NCBI RefSeq assembly: GCF_036365525.1 | Contig: NC_090395.1 | Span: 33,661,229-33,725,228 of the forward strand | Source: Heterodontus francisci | Taxonomy: Eukaryota | Reading direction: 5' to 3' | Length of the DNA: 64,000 bases | Part shown: positions 25,146 through 36,780 of the stretch, in pieces | How the letters are laid out: the number at the start of each line of letters is the position of its first letter | How positions within the stretch are numbered: the first letter of the stretch is position 1 | Made by a program: the position numbers and the translations under genes | The notes under the pieces: model-generated | Seen by the model: the letters and a program-made list of their open reading frames with translations, nothing else | Databases searched by the model: none | Told to the model about the DNA's origin: nothing

Positions 25146-26453
25146 TTTGCCAAGTCCAAAGCCAATAAAAATGGGATTGGGACTGGACGGGTAAAGTTGA
25201 TCTCAGCCAGGTAGCAGTAGCCCACAGAAACCTTGACTAGCAAGACAAAATATTGGCCAGTGCTGGGTTTGTGAATACTGAGAAAGGACTGGATCAGCTC
25301 TTTTTCTGTTTACTTTATTTCAATACAAATTTTACCAAGACATCTTATAATCACACTTAATTAAATGTGAAGGGGATGGGAAAAGTTCGGAGACACAAAA
25401 TGTACAGTAGAAAAAATGGTGGAATGTCATTGAGGTATGTCAAATATTAAATGGTGTTGAAAGTTAGGTAAATCCAAAAAATTGCCTTCAAATATGCCAG
25501 GAAAGTAGACCCGAGGGCATAACTTTAAATGAATAAAAAGTAAATTGAAATTTATTCGAAGTGATAAAAATATCTAGAATAATCTGCATGGTAAGTTAGT
25601 TGAGGTAAACATTAGAGATATTCAAAGTGTAGTTGGACAGAGGACACGTTTACAGCACCAGAGGGATGAACTCCAGTGAGCAGAATAACCTTTCCCTGCC
25701 CGAGACTTTACTTGTAATTCAAAATGGTTGCCAAACAGTTCATCAATTAGAAGGCACCATTTTACAAGTTTAGAAAGCATTCTCAGTATGGAGAGGGGTG
25801 TTTGATATGTAAACTCTCCATGCCACTGTGTTCTGTTTCCATAGCAACTATCAGTAGTAAGAACCCAATACTAGACTGTAGCACCAAACACTTTCTTTAT
25901 ATTTCAAAAACTTTCACATCAGCCTAATTGTTTTGACGTAAAATGTTGTTTTCTTTTCTCATATAATATGTTAAGTTCTACTAACTTTCTATGGAGGATA
26001 TTTACCTCAGCAGAGAATGTGCATTCTCCCATCTCCCTGCCATACAAGTACTCAGCTTCTGCATCACTGAGCTGCAGGACAAGGCGAAGTGTCAGGAAGC
26101 TGCTTTCAATATAGTCATGAACACCTCTGAGCACAGTTATAAACTTATAATATCTCCTGCAAAATATGCACAGTGTTACTAGAGGTTTTCAGCATGCTGG
26201 AAAAAGAATCACACTTGAGTCAATGTATTTTAATGCTCTGCAGCATGTTTCTCATGTAATGCCTTTAATCCATCACCAGAAATTGCTCTCACACCCACCA
26301 GTGATAAACCTGAAAGCAACAATATTTCACACTGGCATTGTGCAACTCAAAATGTTTTGTCAGACAAATCTATAATTGTCTCATTGTGTTTTTCAGAATG
26401 TAAATGCATAACCATCTATCATACATTAAAAAAATTGTCTGTGTGCACACTTA

Positions 26454-27010
26454 GGGCTGAATTTTATGAGTGTGCCGCAGTTCGTGGCACCGGCGCCATT
26501 TTTAAAGGGTTTTAACCACTTACAAAGTAATTTAAAATTTTAAAGGTGCAGTCATGGGAAAGTTTTATTAGCAATGAATAAAAATGTTGAGGCCCTTCCC
26601 CAACCCCCCCCCCCCCAATGGTCACTTAAGTCGCATTTATTCTCAAAAAATAATTTGTCCCCTTCCCGAACTTTCTCCCCAAACCTTTGAGCATTTGGCC
26701 TCTAACCCCTTCCCACCATCCATCTAATAAAATGTGTTCTGCCCACTCCTCCACCCCTCCCGCCCTGACAATTTTATTATTCCCCCCTCCCCACCAGTGG
26801 TGATGCAGTAGCTTCTCAGATTTTCCGAGCTCATCAGTCTGTACGACAGAGAAATTGCTATTTTTTCCAAAGTGCCTTAAGTTTTGTGAATTAACTATAA
26901 ATGATGTAAAATCAGTGTATGTAAAAATAAAGATGTATAATTTAAAAATAGGAACTGAGCTCGCTGCACCCTGTTCCAATTATCCCTCGCCCGCTAATCC
27001 TATTTCACCT
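26454..27010. mobile_element. Harbinger-like MITE remnant
   Basis: Starts GGGCTGAATTTTA; interior similar to 21960-22300; right end unclear. Confidence 0.6.
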
Positions 27011-27489
27011 GGACTGCAATACCATAGGAAATTGATTAGCAACTACAAAAAAATTCTTCAGCCTTCCTGTCTGTGGTGCTTGTTTCCTGTTGTCATCATT
27101 TGGTAACGTATTTGTGACATTGGTAAGGTTGACAAGCAAAACTAAAGTATAAGGTTAATGCTTCCTTCAATTACATGCTAACCCTGTAATGTCTGCTATT
27201 CAGTCATTCCACCACTGGTGGCACTGTGGTGAAGGTGGTGCAGGTTTGCCTGCCAGTGTATTAATAATTAACCATCTGTTTTGACTAACCGAGAACAAGG
27301 CCACAGGAGAGTAATTTGTAGTACAAAATAGTCACACACACATCACAACACTAGTGAAACGACTGTAGGATGTGTTCCTTCGTATCTGGTTGTGACACTA
27401 ACAGCGTTGCTAATACTGGCATTTTCGTAAACAATTTATTGATTTTGTCCTGTTGTGTTAATGTACACAGTTCCCAAAAAAAAGGGAAA

Positions 27490-29310
27490 AAGTGGTTGCA
27501 CTGGTTATGATTTTCCAAAATTCCCTAGATTCTAGAACTGTCCCAGCAGATCGCTATTCAAGAAAGGAGGGAGAGAGAAACCAGGAAATTACAGGGCAGT
27601 TAGCCTGATATAAGTTGTCAGGAAAATGCTAGAATCTATTTTTAAGGAAGTCTTAACAATTTATTTAAAAATCATGGTATGATCAGACACAATCAACATT
27701 GCTTTATGAAATGGAATATCATGTTTGGCAAATTTATTAGAGTTCTTTGAAGAATGTAACTAGTAGGTTAGATAAAGAGAAGCCAGTAGGTGTAGCAAAT
27801 TTGGATTTCCAAAAGACATTTGATAAGATGCTACACAAAAGGTTAATATACAAGATAAAGGCTCATGGAGTTGGAGGTAATATATTAGCATGGATGGAGG
27901 ATTGGTTAACGGATAGGAAGCATAGAGTAGGGTTAAACGGGGCGGAGTCAAGTTGGCAGGCTGTAGCTAGTGGAGTGCCGCAAGGATTAGTTCCGGGGCC
28001 TCAGCTATTTACAAACTATATAAATGCCTTCGACAAAAGACTGAGAGTAACGCATCCAAATTTGTTGATGATACAATGCTTGGTAGGAGGTGGACACAAA
28101 GGCTGCAAAGAGATGTAAGCCAGAACTTTACGCCACCCCAATGAGTGGGATGATGACAGGGAGGTGGCGTAAAATGGAGCTGGAGGCTCCAGGAGGCTTT
28201 CCCGACCCGCTCCCACCTCCACCACCCTTTACATAGGGCGGGGAGGGGGGGCCGCGAAAAACAGATGGCCACTTAAGGGCCTTCGCCCGTCTCCACGCGG
28301 ATTTTACGCATGGCAAGTGGGCATCCTGGAGCCAGGAAAAGCCGCCAGGGAAAACCAGGCGGCTGATGATCATCCCAAGGGGGGGGGGGGCCCTGATGAT
28401 CGGGCACAGGGTGCCCGATGGAGGGCCGCCCCCACTACCCCAACCACCCCCAACACCCAACACATCCCCCTTCCCTCCAACCGACCACCCTAGCCTCGCC
28501 GGGGCCCGACCAATTACCCCCGGCAAGGCAACCAAAACTTACCTTAACTCCCGGCTCCATGTCTTTTTCTGCGGTTGGCTGGGCAGCAGTCCCAGCAATG
28601 GCCACCGCTCCCAGTGGAGCTGCTGGGACTAAAAGCTGCCAGCATGCTGATTGGCTGGCAGCTCAATGAAGTGGGACTTCCTCCCTCAAGCTGGTGGAAG
28701 TCCCGCCTCGGAACAATTAAAGCCTGTAAAATACGGAATGGATCCCTAGGCAAAGCGGATGCAGGTTCACCACCGACCTTTTAGTCGGTGGCCAGCTCCT
28801 GTCCGCCCAACGTAAAATCCCGGCCACAGACTCTTAAGTGACTGGGCAACAAGGTGGCAGGAGTTATAATGTGGGGAAGTGTGAGGTTATTCACTTTTGT
28901 AATAAGAATAGAAAAACAATATTTTTTAAAAGGCATGAAACTTCTAAATATGATGTTCAGATAAACTTGAGTGTACTTGTACAAGGAACACAGAAAGTTA
29001 ATATCCCGGTACAGCAAGCAATTAGGAAGGCAAATCTTGCTCTGCATATCTAAGAAAGGATATACTTGCATTGGAGGTGATACAGTGAAGATTCACTAGT
29101 TTGATTCCTGGGGTGAGAACGTTGTATGATGAGAGGCTGAGTAAATGAGGCCTGTACTCTTTGGGGTTTAGGAGAATGAGAGGTGATCTCATTGAAACAT
29201 ACGAGATTCTAAAGGGGCTTAACAGGATGGACTCAGAAGTTGTTTCTCCTTTCCAGGGAATCTAGAACACAGGGGCACAATCTCAGCATAAGGGGTCGAT
29301 CATTTAGGAG
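27490..29310 (+). mobile_element. Decayed CR1 RT fragment split by a MITE
   Basis: LDFQKTFDK...SGVPQG motifs; RLQRD|IDxLSDWA rejoins across 28118-28825. Confidence 0.85.
28118..28825. mobile_element. Harbinger-like MITE
   Basis: TIRs AGCCAGAACTTTACG / CGTAAAATCCCGGCC; flanks GTA and ACA are compatible with an ancestral ATA TSD. Confidence 0.75.
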
Positions 29311-29745
29311 TGAGACTTATACTTACAGTCCTCTATGGCGAGACAGTTTTACGGACTCGCACAACCCATTCAAGAAGGTAGGAAGAACTGCCTATAAGCA
29401 ATGGATGCAGTTCCAAGTTGGAACTCTGGTCTCCACTCATGGGCCTGTCCAGTTTCAAACCCTAAACCTTCTGACCCAGAGGCAGGGATGCTATCACTAA
29501 GCGAAAGGCTCAGTCCCTCTCTCTATTCCTTTGAATTCCAAATGTTGACACGATGGTACAAAATCAATAAAATGTTAACCAAACTGCCAGTGTTGGCAAA
29601 ACCACTCTCACCTTTTCTTACCTTTGGTAAATCAATGAAAACAAACAAGAGTTCCCACAGCAAAGAATGCTCTGTGGGAAACAAAAGTAACACCAACAGT
29701 GTGGCAACAACCAAAATTGGGAAAATGTCAGAATGTCTCACCTTT

Positions 29746-30280
29746 CTAACCATGATGTAGAATTTCATTTAGTTTTCCTTCGTAAAATGTGCTACTGTCT
29801 TGAAGATCCTCCCAAGGTACGAAAGCCTCTCCCTCATTTTCGACGTAGGTATTCCAGCAGTAATTATATTCTGGACCCTTCATCATCCTCAATCGGCAGC
29901 CAGCCGCCTGCAGCTGCTGCAGGCCCTGCTGGATCTCAGCCTCTTCCCACATGAACAAGCGGGCCATAAAGATGGTAAGTTGAACATTGGGACACTTGCT
30001 CAGGTACTCGGCGATTTTGGAAGCACATACTGCGCAAGGACTAGAGGACACGTACCAAATGATGGAGTAGCTCAGACTGCCATCGCACTCCTGGAGGACA
30101 TCTGTGAAGAAGGCATCTTCTGCATGTGTACCTGCATGCTCATCCTCCACGTATCCCTCCAAGCTCTCACAATCCGTGCCCTGTTTCTCCACGGAATAGC
30201 ACAAGAATGTTTTATGCCTTCCTGAAGAATATTCTACATTTTTGAACTGGAATTTGAAGAAAGGGGATGGCATGCGTTGT
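29746..30280 (-). CDS. APOBEC2: APOBEC2 coding exon 2, cytidine deaminase-fold domain
   Basis: Acceptor TCTTTTCCAG|A at 30281. Translation FFKFQFKNVEYSSGRHKTFLCY...EDEHAGTHAEDAFF...WYVSSSPCAVC...RLFMWEE...PWEDLQ is diagnostic of APOBEC2. TAG at 29748-29746; spliced CDS 669 nt = 222 aa. Confidence 0.97.
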
Positions 30281-30389
30281 CTGGAAAAGAAAGAAGCAGA
30301 TATTATTGGACATGGCAAGAAAATTAAGTATTTCTGTTTCACTAATACAGCGCTAATAAAAAAAAAATCAATTGTCAGAAAAACCCTAC

Positions 30390-30735
30390 AAAAACAATAA
30401 CTTGCATTTATGTAGTGCCTTTACCACAGTAAAGCATCACAAGGTGTTTCACAGGAGTGATTATCAAAAAAGAAATTGGCACTAAGTCACACAAGAAGGT
30501 ATTAGGGAAGGTGATCAACATCTTGGTCAGAGGTAAGTTTTAAGGAGCATTTTAAAAGGGGAGAGAGGCAGAAAGATTTAGGGAGGGAATTCCAGAGCTT
30601 AGGATGTCGGCAGCTGAAGGCATGACTGTCAATGATGGAGAGATGAAGATTGGGGATACGCAAGAGGCCAGAATTGGAGGAGCACAGAGGTCTCAAGAGG
30701 ATGTTAGCCCTAGAAGATATTACAGAAATAGGTAT
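30390..30735 (-). mobile_element. L2 LINE 3' end in APOBEC2 intron 1
   Basis: AFSC..PKLWNSLP motif and L2 tail GGCACTACATAAATGCAAG. Confidence 0.8.
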
Positions 30736-30819
30736 AATGATAATACCACTATGCAAAATGATTCACATCTAATATCTACCAGAGGACCTCTGTCATCTAA
30801 TTTTTGATCTAAGCTGTAT

Positions 30820-31690
30820 GTCAGCCTGGTTCAGATGGTAACACCCTGACCTTGGAATAAAAAAGTTGTGGGTTCAAGCTCCAAAACCTGAATGCATAAT
30901 CTAGGCTGACACTCCAATGTACAAATAAAGGAGTGCTATATTGTCAAGTGTCATCCTCCAGATGAGAGGCTAAACAGAGGCCACCAGTCTCTGTTCTGGT
31001 GGTTCCTTATGAATGTTGACTTGAATTTATCTAGTACCTAATCATATGTCAGAGAAAGAGCTTAATGCAGTTCACAAAAATTACTTTTGCTGTGTAATCA
31101 CTGTTGTTATCTAATAAATGCAAGAGTCAATTTACATGCTAGGCCCCACAAACAGCGATGAGAGAACGGCCAATTATTCTGCTTTTTGATGATGTTCGTT
31201 GAAAGATGAAACTTGGATAGGATCTTTACCTGAACAGGCAGACAGCGCCATGGTTAAATGCTTAATCTGAAAAACGGCACCTCTGACAATACAGCAGTCC
31301 ATTAGTACTGCACTGGAGTGCCTGTCTACATCACTTGCTGAAGGCCTAAAGTGGGACTTGAATCCATGACCTTCTGAACCCACAACCTTCTGAACCCAAA
31401 CCCTCCTACTCAGAAGCAAATGTGACTAACTAAACTGCAGCTCAAAGCCCCTTGGCATTATTCAAAGAAAAGCCTGGCCAAGATTCATCCTTCAATCAAT
31501 ACCACTGAAAACTGATCAACTAGCCATTGTCTAATTACTGGTTCTGAGATATTGTTATGTATAAGATGGCTGTCAACAAAATTACCTATGTACAGAACAG
31601 TAAGTACACTACAAAGCAATTTATTGTACATGAAGCACTTTGTGATGTTTCATAGAAAACTGATAAAAGTTCTAAATCAATGAAGGTTTT
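30820..31690. mobile_element. Two Deu-type SINEs, a minus copy (about 31010-31435) nested in a plus copy
   Basis: tRNA-like heads in opposite orientations; CCCACAAACAGC core as at 18145. Confidence 0.6.
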
Positions 31691-32269
31691 TCATTATATG
31701 TAATAAAATATTCTCACAATATGTGGTCAGAGTGCTCACGCTGCATTGTAATAGTAATTAATCAGTTTAAAAAGGAAGGTCATTCTCTGATAGATATTAT
31801 GTGCAATAAAACACCTCTCTAAAGGTGAAAGCTCTTTTCCAATATCACAGTATTAACAAGACAATTGAAATGTGCCCACCAATTCTGGTGTCATCTGAGG
31901 CTCTTAACTGAGTTTCTGCTTCTTTCAGATCTCCACTCTACCCCACATCATATTGTCCTGTGAAGCCTGGAACACACTTCTGTACTTTCAGCAGTATCTC
32001 AATGAATGGAATTTCAGACTTATTTTTAATTCTCCTTATCTCAATTGTGCTGGAAGGACGAGACACCAGAGGATCAGCACTGATATTTTCCATCACCACC
32101 TACCGACTAATCCAAGCACAGGGAGGGAAAGCAGAGTTAAAGGGGGAATCAGCCTAGACTATTCTTACACACAGAAGAATGATTCAAAGGAAGGAGACCT
32201 TTTGGTGTATTTGATCCCATCCTTTCAGAGTACCAGTCTCACGCAACACTGGTAGAGACCAGGTAATAG

Positions 32270-33750
32270 AATTATAGATCATAGAAACTTACAGCACAGA
32301 AGAAGGCCATTCAGCCCATTGTACCTGCACTGGCTCTTTGAAAGAACAGCCATGCCTGGTCCCAACTCCCACTTTTTGTCGATAACCCTGTAAGTTCCTG
32401 ACTGTTACGTACCTGTTCAACTCCGTTCTAAAATTATTTATGTAATCAACTTCTGCTACATTTTCATGTGGAGCTTTCCAGATCCCAAAAGCCCTGAGTG
32501 GAAAACTTCCCCTCATCTCTCCTCTAGATCTTTTGCCAATGATTTTGAATCTATGACCTTTGGTTATTGGCCAATTGCTAGAGTGGAAACATTTTCTCTA
32601 TCTACCCTATCAAAATCTCTCATCATCTTGAAAACCTCTATTAGGTCACATCTTAAACTTTTTTTTCCCAAGGAGAACAGTCCTAACTTTTCCAACCTTT
32701 CCATGTAACTGAAGTCCCTCATCCCTGGTAACATTCTGATAAATCTCTTCTGTACATTTTCCAAAGCCTTTACATTTTTCCTGAAGTGTGCTGCCTAGAA
32801 TTGTCCACAATACTCCAGTGATTTATAAAGTTCTATCATGATCTCTTTGCTTTTATATTCTATTCCTCTATTTATACAGTCAAGTAACCCATCTGCTTTT
32901 TTTAAACTATCTTATCTACTTGCCCTGCTACCTTTAAGGATTTGTATATATGAACACCAAGGTCTCTCTGCTCAGTTACACTTTGCAAAATTGTGCCATT
33001 TATAGTAAACTGTCTTTCCATATTAGGCCTTCCAAAGTGCATCATTTCACACTTCTTCACATTGATATCCTTCTGTCCATTTCACCATCCTCTCTATGTC
33101 ATCCTGAAGTCTCCAACTATCCTCATCACTACCTACCACTTTGCCAAGTTTTGTTTCATTTGCAAACCTTATGATGCTGCTCCCTACACTCAAGTTTAGA
33201 TGGTTTATCAAAATTCAAAAGAGTAACGGACGAAAAAATGATCCTAGGGAACACCACTGTGAACCACCTCCCAGTCTGAAAAACATTCATCCCATCACCA
33301 CCCTCTGCTTCCTGTCACTAAGGCAAGTCGACATCCATGTCGTCACTTTCCCCTTTATTCCATGGGCTTCCCTGTCCCTGATAATGGTTTCCAATAACTT
33401 TCCCATCACCAATGTGAGACTGACTGACCTGTTTCCAGTTTCCTAGTTTATCCCACAGTTCTTTCTTGAATATTGGTATAACATTAGCAACCCTCCAGTC
33501 CTCTGACATTATTCATGAATCCAATAAAAATTGAAAGATTGTGACTAATGTCTCCTACTATTTATACCTTTGCCTCTTTCAGCAACCCAGAGTGCATTTC
33601 ATCTGAACCAGGTGACTTACCAACTTTCAATAATGATATTTTTTTCGTATACGTCCTCTCTTACTATCCTGTCCATAACCTCCCTCTCCACTTTTAGTGT
33701 CACTTTCATATCATTCACTTCCTTTGTGAAAACAGATTCAATGTAATCAG
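32270..33750 (-). mobile_element. Decayed CR1 RT/3' fragment
   Basis: EDWRVANVIPIFKK and VQKRFIRMLPGM..Y.ERLEKLGLFSL motifs; CR1 tail at 32270-32320. Confidence 0.85.
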
Positions 33751-34669
33751 TGGGTAATATGTTGCCTTTTGCCTTTATGCTTTACCAAATTGAAGGAAGA
33801 CCATCAGCATAAGACAGATAAACAAAGATGGGAGAAAAATGTGGCTACGGAATGGGTAGGAACAGGGAGTCAGACTTTGTAGTGCAGCAGTACTGGGATT
33901 CACAGTATTCACATTTTTAAGTGAAACACACAAACTGGGGCAGTATTGAGTGACAGGTTAAAGGGCTGAAATAGCTCCATAATTGCAGGAAGGTGGTAAT
34001 CTGGGGTTATTTTGAGTACGAAATCTAAATTTCCACTGACCTATATTTAGTCTCTTTGGACTGATTGTGAAAAATCTGGGACTGGTTAGAACAAAGAATT
34101 CCATCTTTACCTCACAATGTATAAATTAGCTCATTTATCATCAGTTACTCAGCCTTCTTAACTCATCAGCTAAACAAGGTTTCTACCGTAACTCACCAAA
34201 CATCCTACCTTATTATAAACACTAAAATAATCCTTTTAAAAAAGATTATGATTTCATTAAATGTCTACAGATGGAACACTGCATATTAATATATTCCAAA
34301 AACTCACAGTCCCTCCAGCTGAATCTCTGCACCAGCCAGTACCTGTAGATAGTCTGTCTGTAACCCTATTTCAGCAAATTAAAGGAGACAATAATCCCTA
34401 TTAATAACAGGCAGAATGGCTGAATAGACTACAACTAGACCTTCTTAGTATGTGAGGTTTATTTGAACATCTGACCATACACACATAAACCCCTAAACAC
34501 ACAATGGAGAGCCTTGCTCAGAGAGATTGCGGGTCAGAGAAAGGACTACGAGATTGTAGGGCTGATTCCCTGACATGCATTTCCTTCAAGCAAGCCTGGG
34601 AGTGTGGGATCACTGAAATTCCTCTATGGTGTATGTATTTAGTCAAACACACATCGCATTACACATGGG

Positions 34670-34887
34670 TGTTATACTCCAGAAAGCCAGGTGGTGAAGG
34701 ATAGAAGTAGATCCAATTTTTACACACTTTTATAAGCATTTATTTACAGGGATGCACATCACAACCAGATAACTCCTCACCCAACAACCACTGTTTTAGT
34801 CTGTTCCTTTTTAAAGAGGCACAAGTGAATCCCCAATTAATGGCTACCACCTACATGCAATTCAATACAATTAATATATAATTAACA
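34670..34887 (-). mobile_element. Solo LTR (218 bp) related to the Copia-like element, in APOBEC2 intron 1
   Basis: TGTTA...TAACA ends, 5-bp TSD ATGGG/ATGTG; one end resembles 46816-46875 and 55694-55755. Confidence 0.7.
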
Positions 34888-35765
34888 ATGTGTAGTCTTC
34901 AGGTGGAATTTATATATCATATATATTTCATGTAAACTGCAATAGTACAGTGCACATAAAAAGAAGTTTTGTATCTATATAGCACCTTATCACACCTCTC
35001 AGAAGCACCTTTTCGTCTATATATCAAACACTGTACACATACTCATCCACGTTCATGTTTGCTTACATACAGCACTTTCACATTCCTACATACTTATTTG
35101 ACACAATAATTGAGGGTCACTTTTCCTTATTATGTGTTCCTGCAACAAGTCTCAACTGCCGGCAGCACCTGACAGAACACCGCAGGCATGTTGCCCGTAA
35201 AGATTGGTCAATTCTCGGGCAGCATGCCGTAATTTCCCGATATGAGCTCCTGCCAGGTGAGGCTCTGTGCCAGTGAGTGCATTCGTAAAACCAGCACATT
35301 GCTGTACTTGCAGCACAGACAATAATTTGTCCAAAAACTCTGACACAGACATATAAATCTAGAACTAGAACTTTTGGTGATATTAGTGAATGAATCCTTC
35401 ATACAGGCCACCAAAACAGCAAGGAAATTAATCCTTTGGAATGTGTTAAAAACTCATTCATTAATATCACTTAAATGCAGTACCTACCAGTGTTTTTAAC
35501 TTGGACGCCAGTTGAAATTCAATGTATTGCTTTCTTTCTGACAAAGATATTTCCTACTTTGCCTGTCAACATTAAACCTTGTCTAACACTTCTTGATTTA
35601 TGGTAAGAGCTCTTTCTATAGTGTGCACTAGCATGGTAGATAGCTCTGGTCATTTCATTTTACTCTGAGGTGAAATATGTTTAACAATAGTTTGTCAAAT
35701 TTCTATCTGACGTTTCCTTTTTTACTGACATGCCATCACTGTATAGAAAGAGCTTCAACACTCAC

Positions 35766-35899
35766 CCAGTAATTGTTTCAAAAGGCCCCAGGTCAGGGAG
35801 AGCTTCATTCTCTGTGCCAGCCTGTCCATCTGTTCCGCCCTCTGCACTTTCTCCACTGTCAACTTTCTTTTCTTCTTCTTTGATCTGCTTTTCAGCCAT
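35766..35899 (-). CDS. APOBEC2: APOBEC2 coding exon 1 (MAEKQIKEEE...DLGPFETITG)
   Basis: ATG at 35899, 134 nt (44 codons + 2 nt), donor GG|GTGAGT at 35765. The peptide end PFETITG matches the mammalian APOBEC2 exon-1 end PPFEIVTG, and the phase-2 junction joins exon 2 in frame. Confidence 0.93.
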
Positions 35900-35994
35900 T
35901 GCGGACAGAAACCTGACGGATCAGTGCAATGTGAACAGACCAAAAGCAACTCTGTACTGAGCAAATGAAAGGTCTCTGTCATATTACTGCCTCA

Positions 35995-36050
35995 CACACT
36001 AAATAAGGGAGCAATGCAGGGGGAGAGGTCTCCCAGCCCAAAATAAACTG
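35995..36050 (-). promoter_or_regulatory. Candidate APOBEC2 core promoter (A/T-rich TATA/MEF2/CArG-like boxes)
   Basis: Minus-strand CCTTATTTAG (35999-36008) and GTTTATTTTGG (about 36038-36048) lie 100-150 nt upstream of the ATG in repeat-free sequence. Motif match only. Confidence 0.35.
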
Positions 36051-36780
36051 CAACCAAGTCATCGTCATCAGCCTCGTCAATCAAAGTCAGCTCTCCCTAA
36101 TCCTCCCATTTTTCCAACTCGATTCACAATGTTTTCTTTCCAACACATTTCTTCCTTCCCTTCATTCTTTATTTTTTTTAGCCTTTGTTTGAATCTTTTA
36201 CCAAAAACAAATAGGATAAAAAGGAAAAAGAATAACGTAGCTGATGTTTAAGTTAGATTCTTAAGAAATTTATGTTTCTTAAAAGAACGGTCCTCTTTGC
36301 AACAAATCATTCCTTTAATTGGACTCTGCTGAGGGTACAGCTCTGTGGGGAGCAGTTGGCATTGTGCCCAAGTGACTGTTCTTCATATGCAAGTTTTGGC
36401 AATAAATGCGCGTAAAGCTATTCAATCATAAAAGGCATCACATCCCCAGACAGATCCTGCCCTGACTCAATGTCCATGCATACTATGCCCTCCAGGAGGT
36501 GTCTCTGGATAGTGATCAAGAGGAGGAACTCAAGTTGACTTTTTCCTCTCTTTAGTGCAGATGCTGAGGCCAATTGCAGCACTCTAACCCTTTCCCATTG
36601 ATAATTCCCATTAATACCTGAATATCAACTGGGATACAAACAATGTGAAGGGCACAGAAGGCACAAAATTCTTCAACTGCGTTCAAGAGAACTTTTTCAG
36701 CCAGCATGTAACAAGCCCAAAAAGAGGGGGCGCAATTCTAGATTTAGTCTTAGGAAATGAAGCTGGGCAAGCGGATGAAG

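Noticed and set aside
27208-27228. CCACTGGTGGCACTG as a CTCF site
   Set aside because: One base short of the core spacing; not supportable from sequence alone.
15480-27500. Exons of mammalian APOBEC2 neighbours (OARD1, TSPO2, UNC5CL)
   Set aside because: No recognisable peptide found by eye; short exons could have been missed.
21743-28784. GC-rich ORF clusters at 21.7-22.6 kb and 28.1-28.8 kb as CpG-island genes
   Set aside because: Both lie between MITE TIRs and show no protein motifs.
30281-30342. N-terminal extension MKQKYLIFLPC... of the 198-aa ORF as the APOBEC2 start
   Set aside because: It is intron sequence containing the polypyrimidine tract; the real N terminus is the exon at 35899-35766.
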